DNA of 64,000 nucleotides from an uncultured Actinomycetes bacterium (GTDB lineage Bacteria; Actinomycetota; Thermoleophilia; RBG-16-64-13): NCBI GenBank assembly GCA_963841735.1, contig CAWJDT010000001.1, positions 1,120,001 to 1,184,000 of the forward strand, read 5' to 3'. Shown piece by piece: positions 30,623 to 38,931 of this stretch (position 1 is its first letter; each line of letters starts with the position of its first letter). The notes under the pieces were generated by a model. It saw only the letters and a program-made list of their open reading frames with translations, ran no database searches and was not told where the DNA came from. The position numbers and the translations under genes were made by a program.

Positions 30623-31105
30623 GTGGACACCAGCAAGAAAACGATCATTCTTTTCAGCGGTGATTTTGACAAGGCGATGGCAGGGTTCATCATCGCCAAC
30701 GGCGCCGCTGCCATGGGCGACGAAGTAACCATGTTCTTTACGTTCTGGGGCCTCAACCTGCTCCGCAAACCCAAGAAGGTCAAGATCCCCGGCAAGAAGA
30801 CCTTCCTGCAGGTCATGTTTGGGAAGATGATGCCCCGTGGCCCGGGCCACCTAGGGCTGTCCAAGATGAACTTCTGCGGCCTCGGCGCTCCCCTCATGAA
30901 GGTGGTCATGAAGTCGGCCAACGCGATGACGCTGGAGCAGTTGATGGATAGCGCTCGTGAGCAAGGTGTGAAGTTGATCGCCTGCACCCTCTCGATGGAC
31001 ATCCTGGGCTTCAAGAAGGAAGAGCTTCTGGACGGCATCGAGTATGCAGGCGTGGCCGCGTATCTGGGCGAGGCCGACGAGGCGAACGTCAACCTGTTCA
31101 TCTAG
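30623..31105 (+). CDS. DsrE/DsrF/DrsH-like (DsrE2-type) sulfur relay protein
   Basis: FSGDFDKAMA, MFFTFWGL, LSKMNF, IACTLSMD, AGVAAYL. Confidence 0.92.
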   Translation: MDTSKKTIILFSGDFDKAMAGFIIANGAAAMGDEVTMFFTFWGLNLLRKPKKVKIPGKKTFLQVMFGKMMPRGPGHLGLSKMNFCGLGAPLMKVVMKSANAMTLEQLMDSAREQGVKLIACTLSMDILGFKKEELLDGIEYAGVAAYLGEADEANVNLFI

Positions 31106-31274
31106 AAGGCACCGGGGGATACCCCGATCGTCGGTCCTCGGGAGGCGGCGCCTCGCTGTCTCTCAGTCGACGATCTCGGCCAAGCGGTCGCAGGCCCAAG
31201 AGACGTGGTCTGGGCGGCATTTCGTGGCCTGGCGTGAGACTCCACCGGCCGTCATGCCCCGGCCCAGAGAGCTG

Positions 31275-31751
31275 TCAATCCCCTTGCTTGCTTCCCGCCT
31301 TCACCGCGGCTTGGGCCGCGTGATCGGCCAGCCGTTGCATCGAAGTCGCCCTGAGAGAGAGCGATGTTGCCATGAGTTCCAGGGCTTCGACTCCCTGCGT
31401 GGTTATGGCGTACACACGGCGGCTGGGCCCGGACTCGGGAGTCTGCCAGGAAGAGGCGACAAGTCCCTGCTCCTCTAACTCGCGCAACAGCCGGTACATG
31501 CTTCCCGGGTCGATGCAGACCAGATCGGCAGCCAGAGTTGTTATCTGTTGGACCAGATCGTAGCCGTGGGTAGTCGATTCGGCAATGGACGCCAAGATTG
31601 CTGCTTCCAGCACCGACCTCCGGTAGCGGCCGCCACCAGGACCTCTGCCTCCCGGCCCCTGACCGTCCGGACCGGCGCCCGCCGCTCCGCAGAAGCCTCC
31701 CGCGGCACCTTGTCTGCCTCGTCCCCGAGGCCCACCCGGACCGGCATTCAT
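31275..31751 (-). CDS. PadR family transcriptional regulator with a Gly/Arg-rich N-terminus
   Basis: HGYDL, DPGSMYRLLRELEEQGLV, GPSRRVYAITTQG. Confidence 0.92.
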   Translation of the reverse strand: MNAGPGGPRGRGRQGAAGGFCGAAGAGPDGQGPGGRGPGGGRYRRSVLEAAILASIAESTTHGYDLVQQITTLAADLVCIDPGSMYRLLRELEEQGLVASSWQTPESGPSRRVYAITTQGVEALELMATSLSLRATSMQRLADHAAQAAVKAGSKQGD

Positions 31752-31757
31752 AATCGA

Positions 31758-32141
31758 TCATCGCCCCATTCTGCGGTTGGCTCTTCCAAGGATGAAGTCG
31801 TCTATCGCTCTGTGCAGGGCTGTCGCCGCGTGGTTGGAGCAATGCTGCTTGGGTTCCGGCAGACCTCCCAGAGTACTCATGATATCAAGGTCATCCAACT
31901 CGTAGGCATCTTCGACGGTCTTGCCGGTGGCCAGCTCGCTCATCATGCTGCAGGTCGCGATGGCCGCGTGACAACCGAAGACCTTGTACTTCACCTGGGC
32001 CAGGATGTCGCCTTCCACTCTTATCCAGACCTTGAAGTAGTCGCCGCACTCGGGATCACCGACCACGCCCACGCCATCGGCGTTCTCGATCTCCCCCACA
32101 TTGCGCGGGTTGAGGAAGTGTTCGACGACTAGTGATCGCAC
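31758..32141 (-). CDS. IscU/NifU-family Fe-S scaffold
   Basis: EHFLNPRNVG, GDPECGD, FGCHAAIA, LGGLPEPKQHCS; start uncertain (GTG 32141 overlaps the Mrp stop). Confidence 0.9.
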   Translation of the reverse strand: MRSLVVEHFLNPRNVGEIENADGVGVVGDPECGDYFKVWIRVEGDILAQVKYKVFGCHAAIATCSMMSELATGKTVEDAYELDDLDIMSTLGGLPEPKQHCSNHAATALHRAIDDFILGRANRRMGR

Positions 32142-32989
32142 GCGCCCTCGGCCTCGTTTTCCAGAGCCAATATCGGCGCCAGAGCCTTCGCGAACTCCTG
32201 GGCAGCTGGGCTCTTCGAATAATGGTAGACGTACGGTTTGCCCGCATCGCCCGCCTCGACGATGGTCGGATCGAGCGGGATACTGGCCAGCAGCGGGACA
32301 CCTGCCTTGGTGGCCATGGCCGCGCCGCCACCCTTGCTGAACACGTTGGTTATCTGCCCGCAATGTGGACAGGCGAAGCCGGCCATGTTCTCTATCACGC
32401 CGAGCACCTTGAGGTCGAGGAGATCACAGAACTTGAGAGAGCGGCGCACATTGGTGAGTGCGGTCTCCTGGGGAGTAGTCACGACGATGGCGCCGTCCAT
32501 CTTGCCGATCGCCTGGCAGACCGCCAGCGGTTCGTCGCCTGTGCCGGGAGGGGAGTCGATGATCAGGTAGTCGAGTTCACCCCATTCGACATCGCCCAAG
32601 AACTGCTCGATAGCCACGGCCTTCATGGGGCCCCGCCACACGACCGCTGCGTCGCGTTCGCCAATCAGGAAGGCAATCGACATAACTTTCAGGTTGTCGC
32701 CGACGGTGAGGGGAACGAGCACCTCTCCCTCCATCACGGCCGGAGCACCCGACAGGCCCAGCAATTGCGGGACGGTCGGGCCGTGCAGGTCGACGTCCAG
32801 CAGTCCTACCCGCTTACCCTCCAGCGCGAGAGACATGGCCAGATTCACCGCGACCGTGCTCTTGCCCACTCCGCCTTTGCCAGAGAGAACGATGATCTTG
32901 TGCCCGATCTGCCCCATTCTCAGCTGAACCGCCGCACCGCGTTCTTGAACCGCTGCACCGTGGTCGTTATCCGACTGCGAACAACCCAT
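32129..32989 (-). CDS. Mrp/NBP35 (ApbC) Fe-S carrier ATPase
   Basis: SGKGGVGKST, DVDLHGP, WRGP, DSPPGTGDE, VTTPQ, ENMAGFACPHCG. Confidence 0.95.
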   Translation of the reverse strand: MGCSQSDNDHGAAVQERGAAVQLRMGQIGHKIIVLSGKGGVGKSTVAVNLAMSLALEGKRVGLLDVDLHGPTVPQLLGLSGAPAVMEGEVLVPLTVGDNLKVMSIAFLIGERDAAVVWRGPMKAVAIEQFLGDVEWGELDYLIIDSPPGTGDEPLAVCQAIGKMDGAIVVTTPQETALTNVRRSLKFCDLLDLKVLGVIENMAGFACPHCGQITNVFSKGGGAAMATKAGVPLLASIPLDPTIVEAGDAGKPYVYHYSKSPAAQEFAKALAPILALENEAEGACDH

Positions 32990-32991
32990 CT

Positions 32992-33909
32992 TTATGCCTC
33001 CGTCCCTTTCAACATGCTGTCCAATGTTTTCCACATCTCTTGTATCTGCTCGACGACCACACTGCCGCCGCGTTCGATTATGCTCTTGCCCTCTACCTGT
33101 GCCTGCACCACCGCGATGTCGTAGCTGAGCTCCCCGACCACGGGGATGCCGCGGTCGGCGCAGACCTTACGGATACGCGTGGCCATGTCGGGGTTGAGGT
33201 CGCTCTTGTTGATACACACCACCAGGGGCAGACTAAAGCTCTTCACCAGATCGGCCGCGCGTTCTAGATCGTGCGCCCCCGAAACGGTCGGCTCTGTCAC
33301 CGCCAGCGCCAGATCGGCGCCGGTCACCGACGCGATCACGGGGCAACCGATGCCGGGAGGCCCATCCACGAGCACCAGACTGGCGTTCATCTCTTTGGCC
33401 AACTCAGAAGCCTGTGATCGCACCAGAGTCACGAGCTTGCCCGAGTTCTCGCCCCCAATATCCAGTCTCGCATGCACCAAGGGGCCATGTCGCGTATCCG
33501 AGACGAACCACTCCCCACGTTCGGCATCTACCATCTCCACGGCGCCGGAGGTGCAGACATGGGCGCAGAGACCGCAGCCCTCGCAGGCGATGGGGTCTAC
33601 GACGCAGGACGATCTTCCCTCCACGGGTTCGACCAGGTGGATGGCGTCGAAACGGCAGTGCTCCATGCAGAGGCCGCACGCGCTGCAACTCTGGGGGATG
33701 ATGCGGGCTTCTTTGCCCGCCATGAAGCGCTCTCGGTGCTTGAGTTGTGGATCGAGTACCAGATGCAGATCAGCTGCATCCACGTCACAATCGGCAAGCA
33801 CCTTGTCGTCGACGAACGTTGCCAAAGCGGCCACCAGACTGGTCTTGCCCGTGCCTCCCTTGCCACTCAAGACAACCAGTTGCTTGGGCGCCGGTGCCGA
33901 GGCGCTCAT
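32992..33909 (-). CDS. MinD-superfamily P-loop ATPase with inserted ferredoxin domain (ORP-cluster type)
   Basis: SGKGGTGKTS, DCDVDAADL, CSACGLC, CEGCGLC, NSGKLV, DGPPGIGCP, VTEPT. Confidence 0.92.
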   Translation of the reverse strand: MSASAPAPKQLVVLSGKGGTGKTSLVAALATFVDDKVLADCDVDAADLHLVLDPQLKHRERFMAGKEARIIPQSCSACGLCMEHCRFDAIHLVEPVEGRSSCVVDPIACEGCGLCAHVCTSGAVEMVDAERGEWFVSDTRHGPLVHARLDIGGENSGKLVTLVRSQASELAKEMNASLVLVDGPPGIGCPVIASVTGADLALAVTEPTVSGAHDLERAADLVKSFSLPLVVCINKSDLNPDMATRIRKVCADRGIPVVGELSYDIAVVQAQVEGKSIIERGGSVVVEQIQEMWKTLDSMLKGTEA

Positions 33910-34769
33910 ACGGTCACCAGCCCCTGCGCCCGCGACCGCAGGTCGCCGGCGAATACGCGGAGCATGGAGGCGAAAGTGCGGTCGCCGGTCGCAAAGATGT
34001 CGCCTCGCGAGCATGTCTCGGCAATGCGTCGGTTGTCTGGGATCTCCAAGAGGACGGGCACTCCCTCGGTTTCGCAGAAGTCGTTCACCCGAGAGTCGCC
34101 GATTCCGGCTCGATTGATCACCACTCCGCAGGGGATCGCCAGGCCCTGGGCTGTCCGTACGGCGAGTTTGAGGTCGTGGAGTCCAAAGGGGGTGGGCTCC
34201 GTAACGAGCACCGCGTAGTCGGCCCCTCGAAGGGTCTCGACCGCCGGGCAGGCGACGCCTGGGGGGGCATCAATGATCACGGTGTCGAGAGTGGGGGCTG
34301 TGCTGAGGTCCTTCACCGCCTTGATCACTGGGGTGGAGCGGGCTTCACCCACATTCAGACGCCCCCAGCGAAAGTAGAGGTCGCCGACCCCACCCGAGCC
34401 CACCAGTCCGATCTCCCTGCCGGTTTCAGAAATGGCCTCCTCGGGACAGACGTAGGCGCAGGTTCCACAGCTGTGGCAGAACTCCGGTAGCAACAACGGT
34501 CTGCCCGGCAAGGCCAAGAGAGCGTTGAACTCACACGCGCGGGCGCACAATCCGCATGCGGTGCAGGCCCTTTCATCTATCACGGGTATGGGAGCGCTCA
34601 CCGACTCGGTGGCGTCGAAGCGAGGCCTGAGATATAGGTGACAGTTGGGCTCCTCGACGTCACAGTCGAGGAGCCCAACTCGTTCGCTGTGGGCCAAGGC
34701 TATCGCCAAGTTGACCGCGAGTGTGGTCTTGCCGGTGCCGCCCTTGCCGCTGGCTATTACGATCCTCAC
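33906..34769 (-). CDS. Second MinD-superfamily P-loop ATPase with inserted ferredoxin domain
   Basis: ASGKGGTGKTT, DCDVEEPN, CTACGLC, CHSCGTC, DAPPGVACP, VTEPTPFGLHDL. Confidence 0.92.
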   Translation of the reverse strand: MRIVIASGKGGTGKTTLAVNLAIALAHSERVGLLDCDVEEPNCHLYLRPRFDATESVSAPIPVIDERACTACGLCARACEFNALLALPGRPLLLPEFCHSCGTCAYVCPEEAISETGREIGLVGSGGVGDLYFRWGRLNVGEARSTPVIKAVKDLSTAPTLDTVIIDAPPGVACPAVETLRGADYAVLVTEPTPFGLHDLKLAVRTAQGLAIPCGVVINRAGIGDSRVNDFCETEGVPVLLEIPDNRRIAETCSRGDIFATGDRTFASMLRVFAGDLRSRAQGLVTV

Positions 34770-35122
34770 TTGTTGTCTAGCTGCCGAAGCCGCTTCTCCA
34801 CGGTCTCCAGCATCGACTTCAACCGCAGCGATTCCTTCTTGAGAAGCGGGATCTCGTCGTCCGGTTGCAGAAAGGGTCCCGGCTCTTGGTCGGCGTACGT
34901 GCTGAAGGGGACACCGGTTGTGAAGAAGCGATTCCGATGACCCCGGCCGCCACCTGGACCCAGGCCACCACCACGCCTGTAGCCCGCTAGCCGAGCGAAG
35001 GCGCCGCGGCCGCGCGCTGGGCGATCTGCGAGGTCAGGGGCGGCGTTTCCGGCGCAACGGCCGGCCGCTCTCCCTGTCATGGGGCCTTCGCCCAGTGGTC
35101 CGGTCTTGTCTCCTCTAGGCAT
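34766..35122 (-). CDS. DUF5320-family protein
   Basis: MPRGDKTGPLGEGPMTGRAAGRC, GGGRGHRNRF, C-terminal coiled coil. Confidence 0.88.
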   Translation of the reverse strand: MPRGDKTGPLGEGPMTGRAAGRCAGNAAPDLADRPARGRGAFARLAGYRRGGGLGPGGGRGHRNRFFTTGVPFSTYADQEPGPFLQPDDEIPLLKKESLRLKSMLETVEKRLRQLDNK

Positions 35123-35185
35123 CTCCGTCTCCTTGTCTTGAGTGTCTCGCCGACAAAAGTACGGCGCGGAGCGTCTTCGGTTGGT

Positions 35186-35545
35186 CTACCAGTGCCCGTC
35201 CACATCTGCCGCCGACGTGTGCTTCAAATCTCCCGACTGGAAGGCGCCGATCGCCTGGGCGACCGTTCCCTCGGTCGCGAGATACACATGGACGCCGCCG
35301 GCTTTCAGCGCGCGGAAGGCCTTGGGTCCGCAGTGGCCGGTGATGAGGATGCTCGCGTGGTTGTCTATGACTGACTGTGCAGCCTGGATCCCTGCCCCCT
35401 GGGCTGCGTCTATGCCGGTCTGGTTGTCTACCGTTGTTACAAGGTCTTCGGGTGTGTCCACGATCAGGAGGTACCGGGCCCTCCCAAAACGATGGTCAAT
35501 CGAACTCGATAGATCAGGACCGGTTGCGGTGACGGCAACTCTCAT
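35186..35545 (-). CDS. NifB/NifX (orange-protein-like) family protein
   Basis: MRVAVTA, RFGRA, QGAGIQAAQ, TGHCGPKAF. Confidence 0.92.
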   Translation of the reverse strand: MRVAVTATGPDLSSSIDHRFGRARYLLIVDTPEDLVTTVDNQTGIDAAQGAGIQAAQSVIDNHASILITGHCGPKAFRALKAGGVHVYLATEGTVAQAIGAFQSGDLKHTSAADVDGHW

Positions 35546-35624
35546 TTCGTACCCCTCCGTTCGTTCTGGCTGGTGATGCCATCAGCTCTTCATTTGGCGG
35601 CTATGCCCCGACTGTTTCCTGGGC

Positions 35625-35780
35625 CTACCACCCCTGTCCAGTTCTCTCGCATCGGCTGTGCGAATTCCGGCGGCTCCCGTCGAGTGATGCTGCGAACCCG
35701 TTGATCGAGATGTCTCCTCGGGTGCAGGCGTCCAGGCAAAGGCCACAGCCGATGCGGAGTCTTCTATCGACGTTAAGCAC
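35625..35780 (-). pseudogene. Degenerate 2x[4Fe-4S] ferredoxin remnant
   Basis: VDRRLRIGCGLCLDACTRG (first Cys replaced by Arg); second cluster motif eroded. Confidence 0.55.
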
Positions 35781-35795
35781 GTGCGTGCCGTTAGC

Positions 35796-35814
35796 TAGAT
35801 GGCAACTGCATCTA
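35796..35814. promoter_or_regulatory. Inverted repeat TAGATG-N7-CATCTA, putative operator of the leftward ORP-like operon
   Basis: Perfect 6-bp arms in an AT-rich patch; near-copy at 37039-37057. Confidence 0.55.
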
Positions 35815-35852
35815 TATACAAGCACCATTTGCTGGTGAGGTCAAGTGGGCTC

Positions 35853-35879
35853 GGCGGCGATGGCGGCGATGGCGGCGAT
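35853..35879. repeat. 9-bp tandem repeat (GGCGGCGAT)x3
   Basis: Seen directly; lies at the junction before the MBL fragment. Confidence 0.85.
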
Positions 35880-36165
35880 GGGAAGGTCCTTGTCGCGTGG
35901 TGTGCTCATCCGGGCATAGTGGAGGTTGCGGCTGCCTGGGGCCTTCTGGGTGAGCCGGTCTCCGCGGTGCTGGGGGGTTTCCACCTCAGGTCTTGCTCTG
36001 TCGGCCAGGTGGATCGCATCATCCGGGGGCTTTGGGATCTCAGCGTCGAACGGTGCGCGTCGGCTCACTGTACGGGGGAGGCCGCCATAGCTCAGACCAA
36101 AGCGGGGTTCGCCGGCGGAGCCATCGAGATGGTTGTGGGCGCGACCATCACCTTCTGGCCCAAGG
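35880..36165 (+). pseudogene. C-terminal fragment of an MBL-fold hydrolase
   Basis: WCAHPG, VLGGFHL, AHCTG, GATITF; N-terminal SHxHxDH motif absent; boundaries approximate. Confidence 0.65.
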
Positions 36166-36198
36166 GCGTGGCACCAGAAGGAGCCACACCACGGCGAC

Positions 36199-36951
36199 TC
36201 AGAACTGGTAGGTCATGCCCGACGCGCCGACCGACACTCGCTCTCCCAGCGCTTGACAGAGCGAGGCGACGGCGGACTCACCCGTGCAGTGACACGGAAC
36301 CACCATATCCGGCGCGAGTGCCCGCAACGCCATGATGCTTTGGGTCAGGCGCTCGTGGCCGGCGCTCAGCAGATGGAATCCCCCGATCACGGCACGGATC
36401 TTAGCGCCGTCGGTTAACTCGCGGATGTGGTTGAGGGTGTTCACCAGGCCCGCATGGGCGCACCCCATACATACCACCAGCCCTTGGTCCGTCTGGACCC
36501 AGAGCGCCAAGTGGTCCTCGATTAGATCGGGATGCGTCGGTTCCGGACCGAGAAAGAACGGCCCACCCGTGTCGTCATAGCCGGTCAGACGGGGGATGGG
36601 ACCGGTCACGCCAATCGCCTCGGTCAGCATAAGAGGCTCTTGGAGCAGGTGAAGACGGTCCGAAGGCAACTGCGCCAGCGCCTCTGAAGCCTTTCGCGGC
36701 ATCCCGATGGATCTCGCCTTGCCGTCACGCACCGCGTAGCGAGGCCGAACGACTCCGGGATGGCAGTAGACATCGATGTGCGTGGGCCGCCCAAGAACGT
36801 GTGCGATCCCGCCGGTGTGGTCGTAGTGACCATGGCTAAGGACGAGGATATCGGTTGTGGCCACATCGACGCCGAGCGCCTGGGCATTGTTCTCAAGCGC
36901 AGGCCCTTGGCTTGTGTTGTTGTCGACCACGATAGTGATTTTTGCATCCAT
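36199..36951 (-). CDS. MBL-fold metallo-hydrolase with an apparent in-frame N-terminal deletion
   Basis: LSHGHYDHTGG, GCAHAG, IGGFHL, PCHCTG; the usual EHG...ILFDTG segment seems missing between VDNN and TSQG. Confidence 0.8.
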   Translation of the reverse strand: MDAKITIVVDNNTSQGPALENNAQALGVDVATTDILVLSHGHYDHTGGIAHVLGRPTHIDVYCHPGVVRPRYAVRDGKARSIGMPRKASEALAQLPSDRLHLLQEPLMLTEAIGVTGPIPRLTGYDDTGGPFFLGPEPTHPDLIEDHLALWVQTDQGLVVCMGCAHAGLVNTLNHIRELTDGAKIRAVIGGFHLLSAGHERLTQSIMALRALAPDMVVPCHCTGESAVASLCQALGERVSVGASGMTYQF

Positions 36952-37030
36952 GGATTTTGCCGGTTCGCCGCCAGTCTACCGCTCCATAGCATCGACAAAG
37001 ACCTGAGGAGGGAGCGAGGGCTTCGGAAGG

Positions 37031-37057
37031 TGCTAGACTAGATGCAGAATACACTTA
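37031..37057 (+). promoter_or_regulatory. Extended -10 (TGcTAGACT) overlapped by a TAGATG-N7-CACTTA operator-like site
   Basis: Sequence seen directly, upstream of the NifX-Fur-Prx genes. Confidence 0.5.
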
Positions 37058-37083
37058 AGTGCCGGGCGCAGGAGGGAACTAAC

Positions 37084-37485
37084 ATGTCGGAGTCGGTTGC
37101 TACCTCGAAAAGGATAATCGCGGTGCCTTCGCAGACGCCGGGGGGTCCAGATGCGCAGCGCTCGGGGCACTTTGGCCATTGCGACTGCTTCACGCTACTC
37201 GAAGTGAACGTTGACGGTGTGACCGAAGTCAGCGTGGTTGCCAACGCCCCCCACCAAGAGGGCGGATGTCTTGATCCAGTGAACATGCTTGCCTCTCTGG
37301 GCGTCACCGAGATCGTGGTGGGAGGCATGGGAGCCCGTCCCAGGGCGTTCTTTGGCGAGATGGGCATTACCGTATACGCCGACCAGGAACTGTCCACGGT
37401 GGGAGAAGTGGTGAATGCCCTCCTCCAAGGGAGCGTACCGGTCATGTCGGATCTGCAGACATGTGGTGGGGGCGATTGTCACTAA
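37084..37485 (+). CDS. NifB/NifX family protein
   Basis: IAVPS, SGHFGHCDCF, HQEGGC, GGMGARP, C-terminal CGGGDCH; GGAGG RBS. Confidence 0.9.
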   Translation: MSESVATSKRIIAVPSQTPGGPDAQRSGHFGHCDCFTLLEVNVDGVTEVSVVANAPHQEGGCLDPVNMLASLGVTEIVVGGMGARPRAFFGEMGITVYADQELSTVGEVVNALLQGSVPVMSDLQTCGGGDCH

Positions 37486-37621
37486 GCCAGGCGTGGCCGC
37501 GCCGAGCGCGAGATGCTCCAGATCCCAGGATCTGCAACACTGCGTTTCTTCGCCCTCATGTTTGGATAGGTGAACAGTCGGTATATCTCCTAAGTAAGAG
37601 AAATTCCGGCTGGGAGACAAG

Positions 37622-38062
37622 GTGGGACTCAATCCAGATGTCATAGACGAACGGGAGAAGTCGTTTGTCAAGGCTCTCATGGCAGAGGGAGTGAGGATGA
37701 CGCCTCAGCGTTTGGAGATAATTCGGCAACTGGCGGGATCTGACGGCCACCCGGACGCAGATGCTGTGTTTCGCGCGGTACGTGACCGTATGCCGACTCT
37801 TTCGCACGACACGGTCTATAGGACGCTGGCCGTGCTGGTGAAGTGTGGACTGGCGGAGCGTATCGAGATGCCTCGGGCCAGTAGGTACGACCCGGACGGC
37901 ACACCGCATCACCACTTTATCTGTGAGCGCTGCGCTAGGGTGGTGGATATCAGAGGTGAGTCGGCGCAGGCCTATCTGGCGCCAAATAACCTTCTTGGAA
38001 TAGGTGATGTGCGCTCTGTACGCGTAGAGTTTCGGGGTGTCTGCAGTACGTGCCAGGACTGA
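37622..38062 (+). CDS. Fur/PerR family transcriptional regulator
   Basis: RMTPQRLEI, HPDA, TVYRTL, HHHFICERC, GVCSTC. Confidence 0.93.
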   Translation: MGLNPDVIDEREKSFVKALMAEGVRMTPQRLEIIRQLAGSDGHPDADAVFRAVRDRMPTLSHDTVYRTLAVLVKCGLAERIEMPRASRYDPDGTPHHHFICERCARVVDIRGESAQAYLAPNNLLGIGDVRSVRVEFRGVCSTCQD

Positions 38063-38121
38063 GGCGACTTCCGTCTCAATCTCGATAGCGAGAAGAAGAG
38101 TCACAACAAGGGAGGCAGAGT

Positions 38122-38841
38122 ATGGAAACCACGGGCAATGAGCAGTACAAACCCATGCCGCGGATCGGTGATAAGGCTCCGGCCTTCAAGGCGGTCACCA
38201 CGCAGGGGGAGATCGATTTCCCCAAGGATTACGAAGGTAGCTGGGTCATCCTTTTCAGCCATCCGGCCGACTTCACCCCCGTGTGCACCTCGGAGTTCAT
38301 GACCTTCGCCTCCATGCAGGACAGATTCGCCCAGGCCGGTTGTAAGTTGGTGGGGCTGTCGGTCGACGGTCTCTATAGCCATATCGCTTGGCTGCGGACC
38401 ATCAAGGACAAGATCGAGTATAAGGGCATGAAGAACGTCGAGGTGACATTCCCCCTAATCGAGGACATCACCATGGATGTGGCTCACGCGTACGGCATGA
38501 TCCAGCCGGGCGAGGCCACCACCAAAGCGGTGCGGGCGGTCTTCTTCATCGACCCCAAGGGCGTCATTCGCACCATCCTCTACTACCCGCTCAGCTTGGG
38601 CCGCAATTTCGAAGAGATCTACCGTGTCCTCATCGGGCTCAAGACGGCAGACGAGTTCGGTGTGGCTACGCCCGCCGACTGGCAGCCGGGCGACGATGTG
38701 ATAGTCCCCACCGCCGGCTCGTGCGGCGTGGCCAAAGAGCGCATGGAAGGCACGGCGGGAGAGATGACCTGCTACGACTGGTTCTTCTGTACCAAGAAGC
38801 TGGCGAAAGAAGAAGTGCTCTCCAAGGTCGTCAAGAAGTAG
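38122..38841 (+). CDS. Peroxiredoxin (Prx6/archaeal-like subfamily)
   Basis: FSHPADFTPVCTSEF, VRAVFFID, GRN, TPADW, C-terminal CYDWFFC. Confidence 0.95.
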   Translation: METTGNEQYKPMPRIGDKAPAFKAVTTQGEIDFPKDYEGSWVILFSHPADFTPVCTSEFMTFASMQDRFAQAGCKLVGLSVDGLYSHIAWLRTIKDKIEYKGMKNVEVTFPLIEDITMDVAHAYGMIQPGEATTKAVRAVFFIDPKGVIRTILYYPLSLGRNFEEIYRVLIGLKTADEFGVATPADWQPGDDVIVPTAGSCGVAKERMEGTAGEMTCYDWFFCTKKLAKEEVLSKVVKK

Positions 38842-38931
38842 TACTGGGTTTCCGGGCTGTCTTGCGCGCGTGCGGCGATCCGCAATTCAGGTGGGCCGAA
38901 GGAGGAGGAGCGGTGGATCGCGCCGTGGGCC

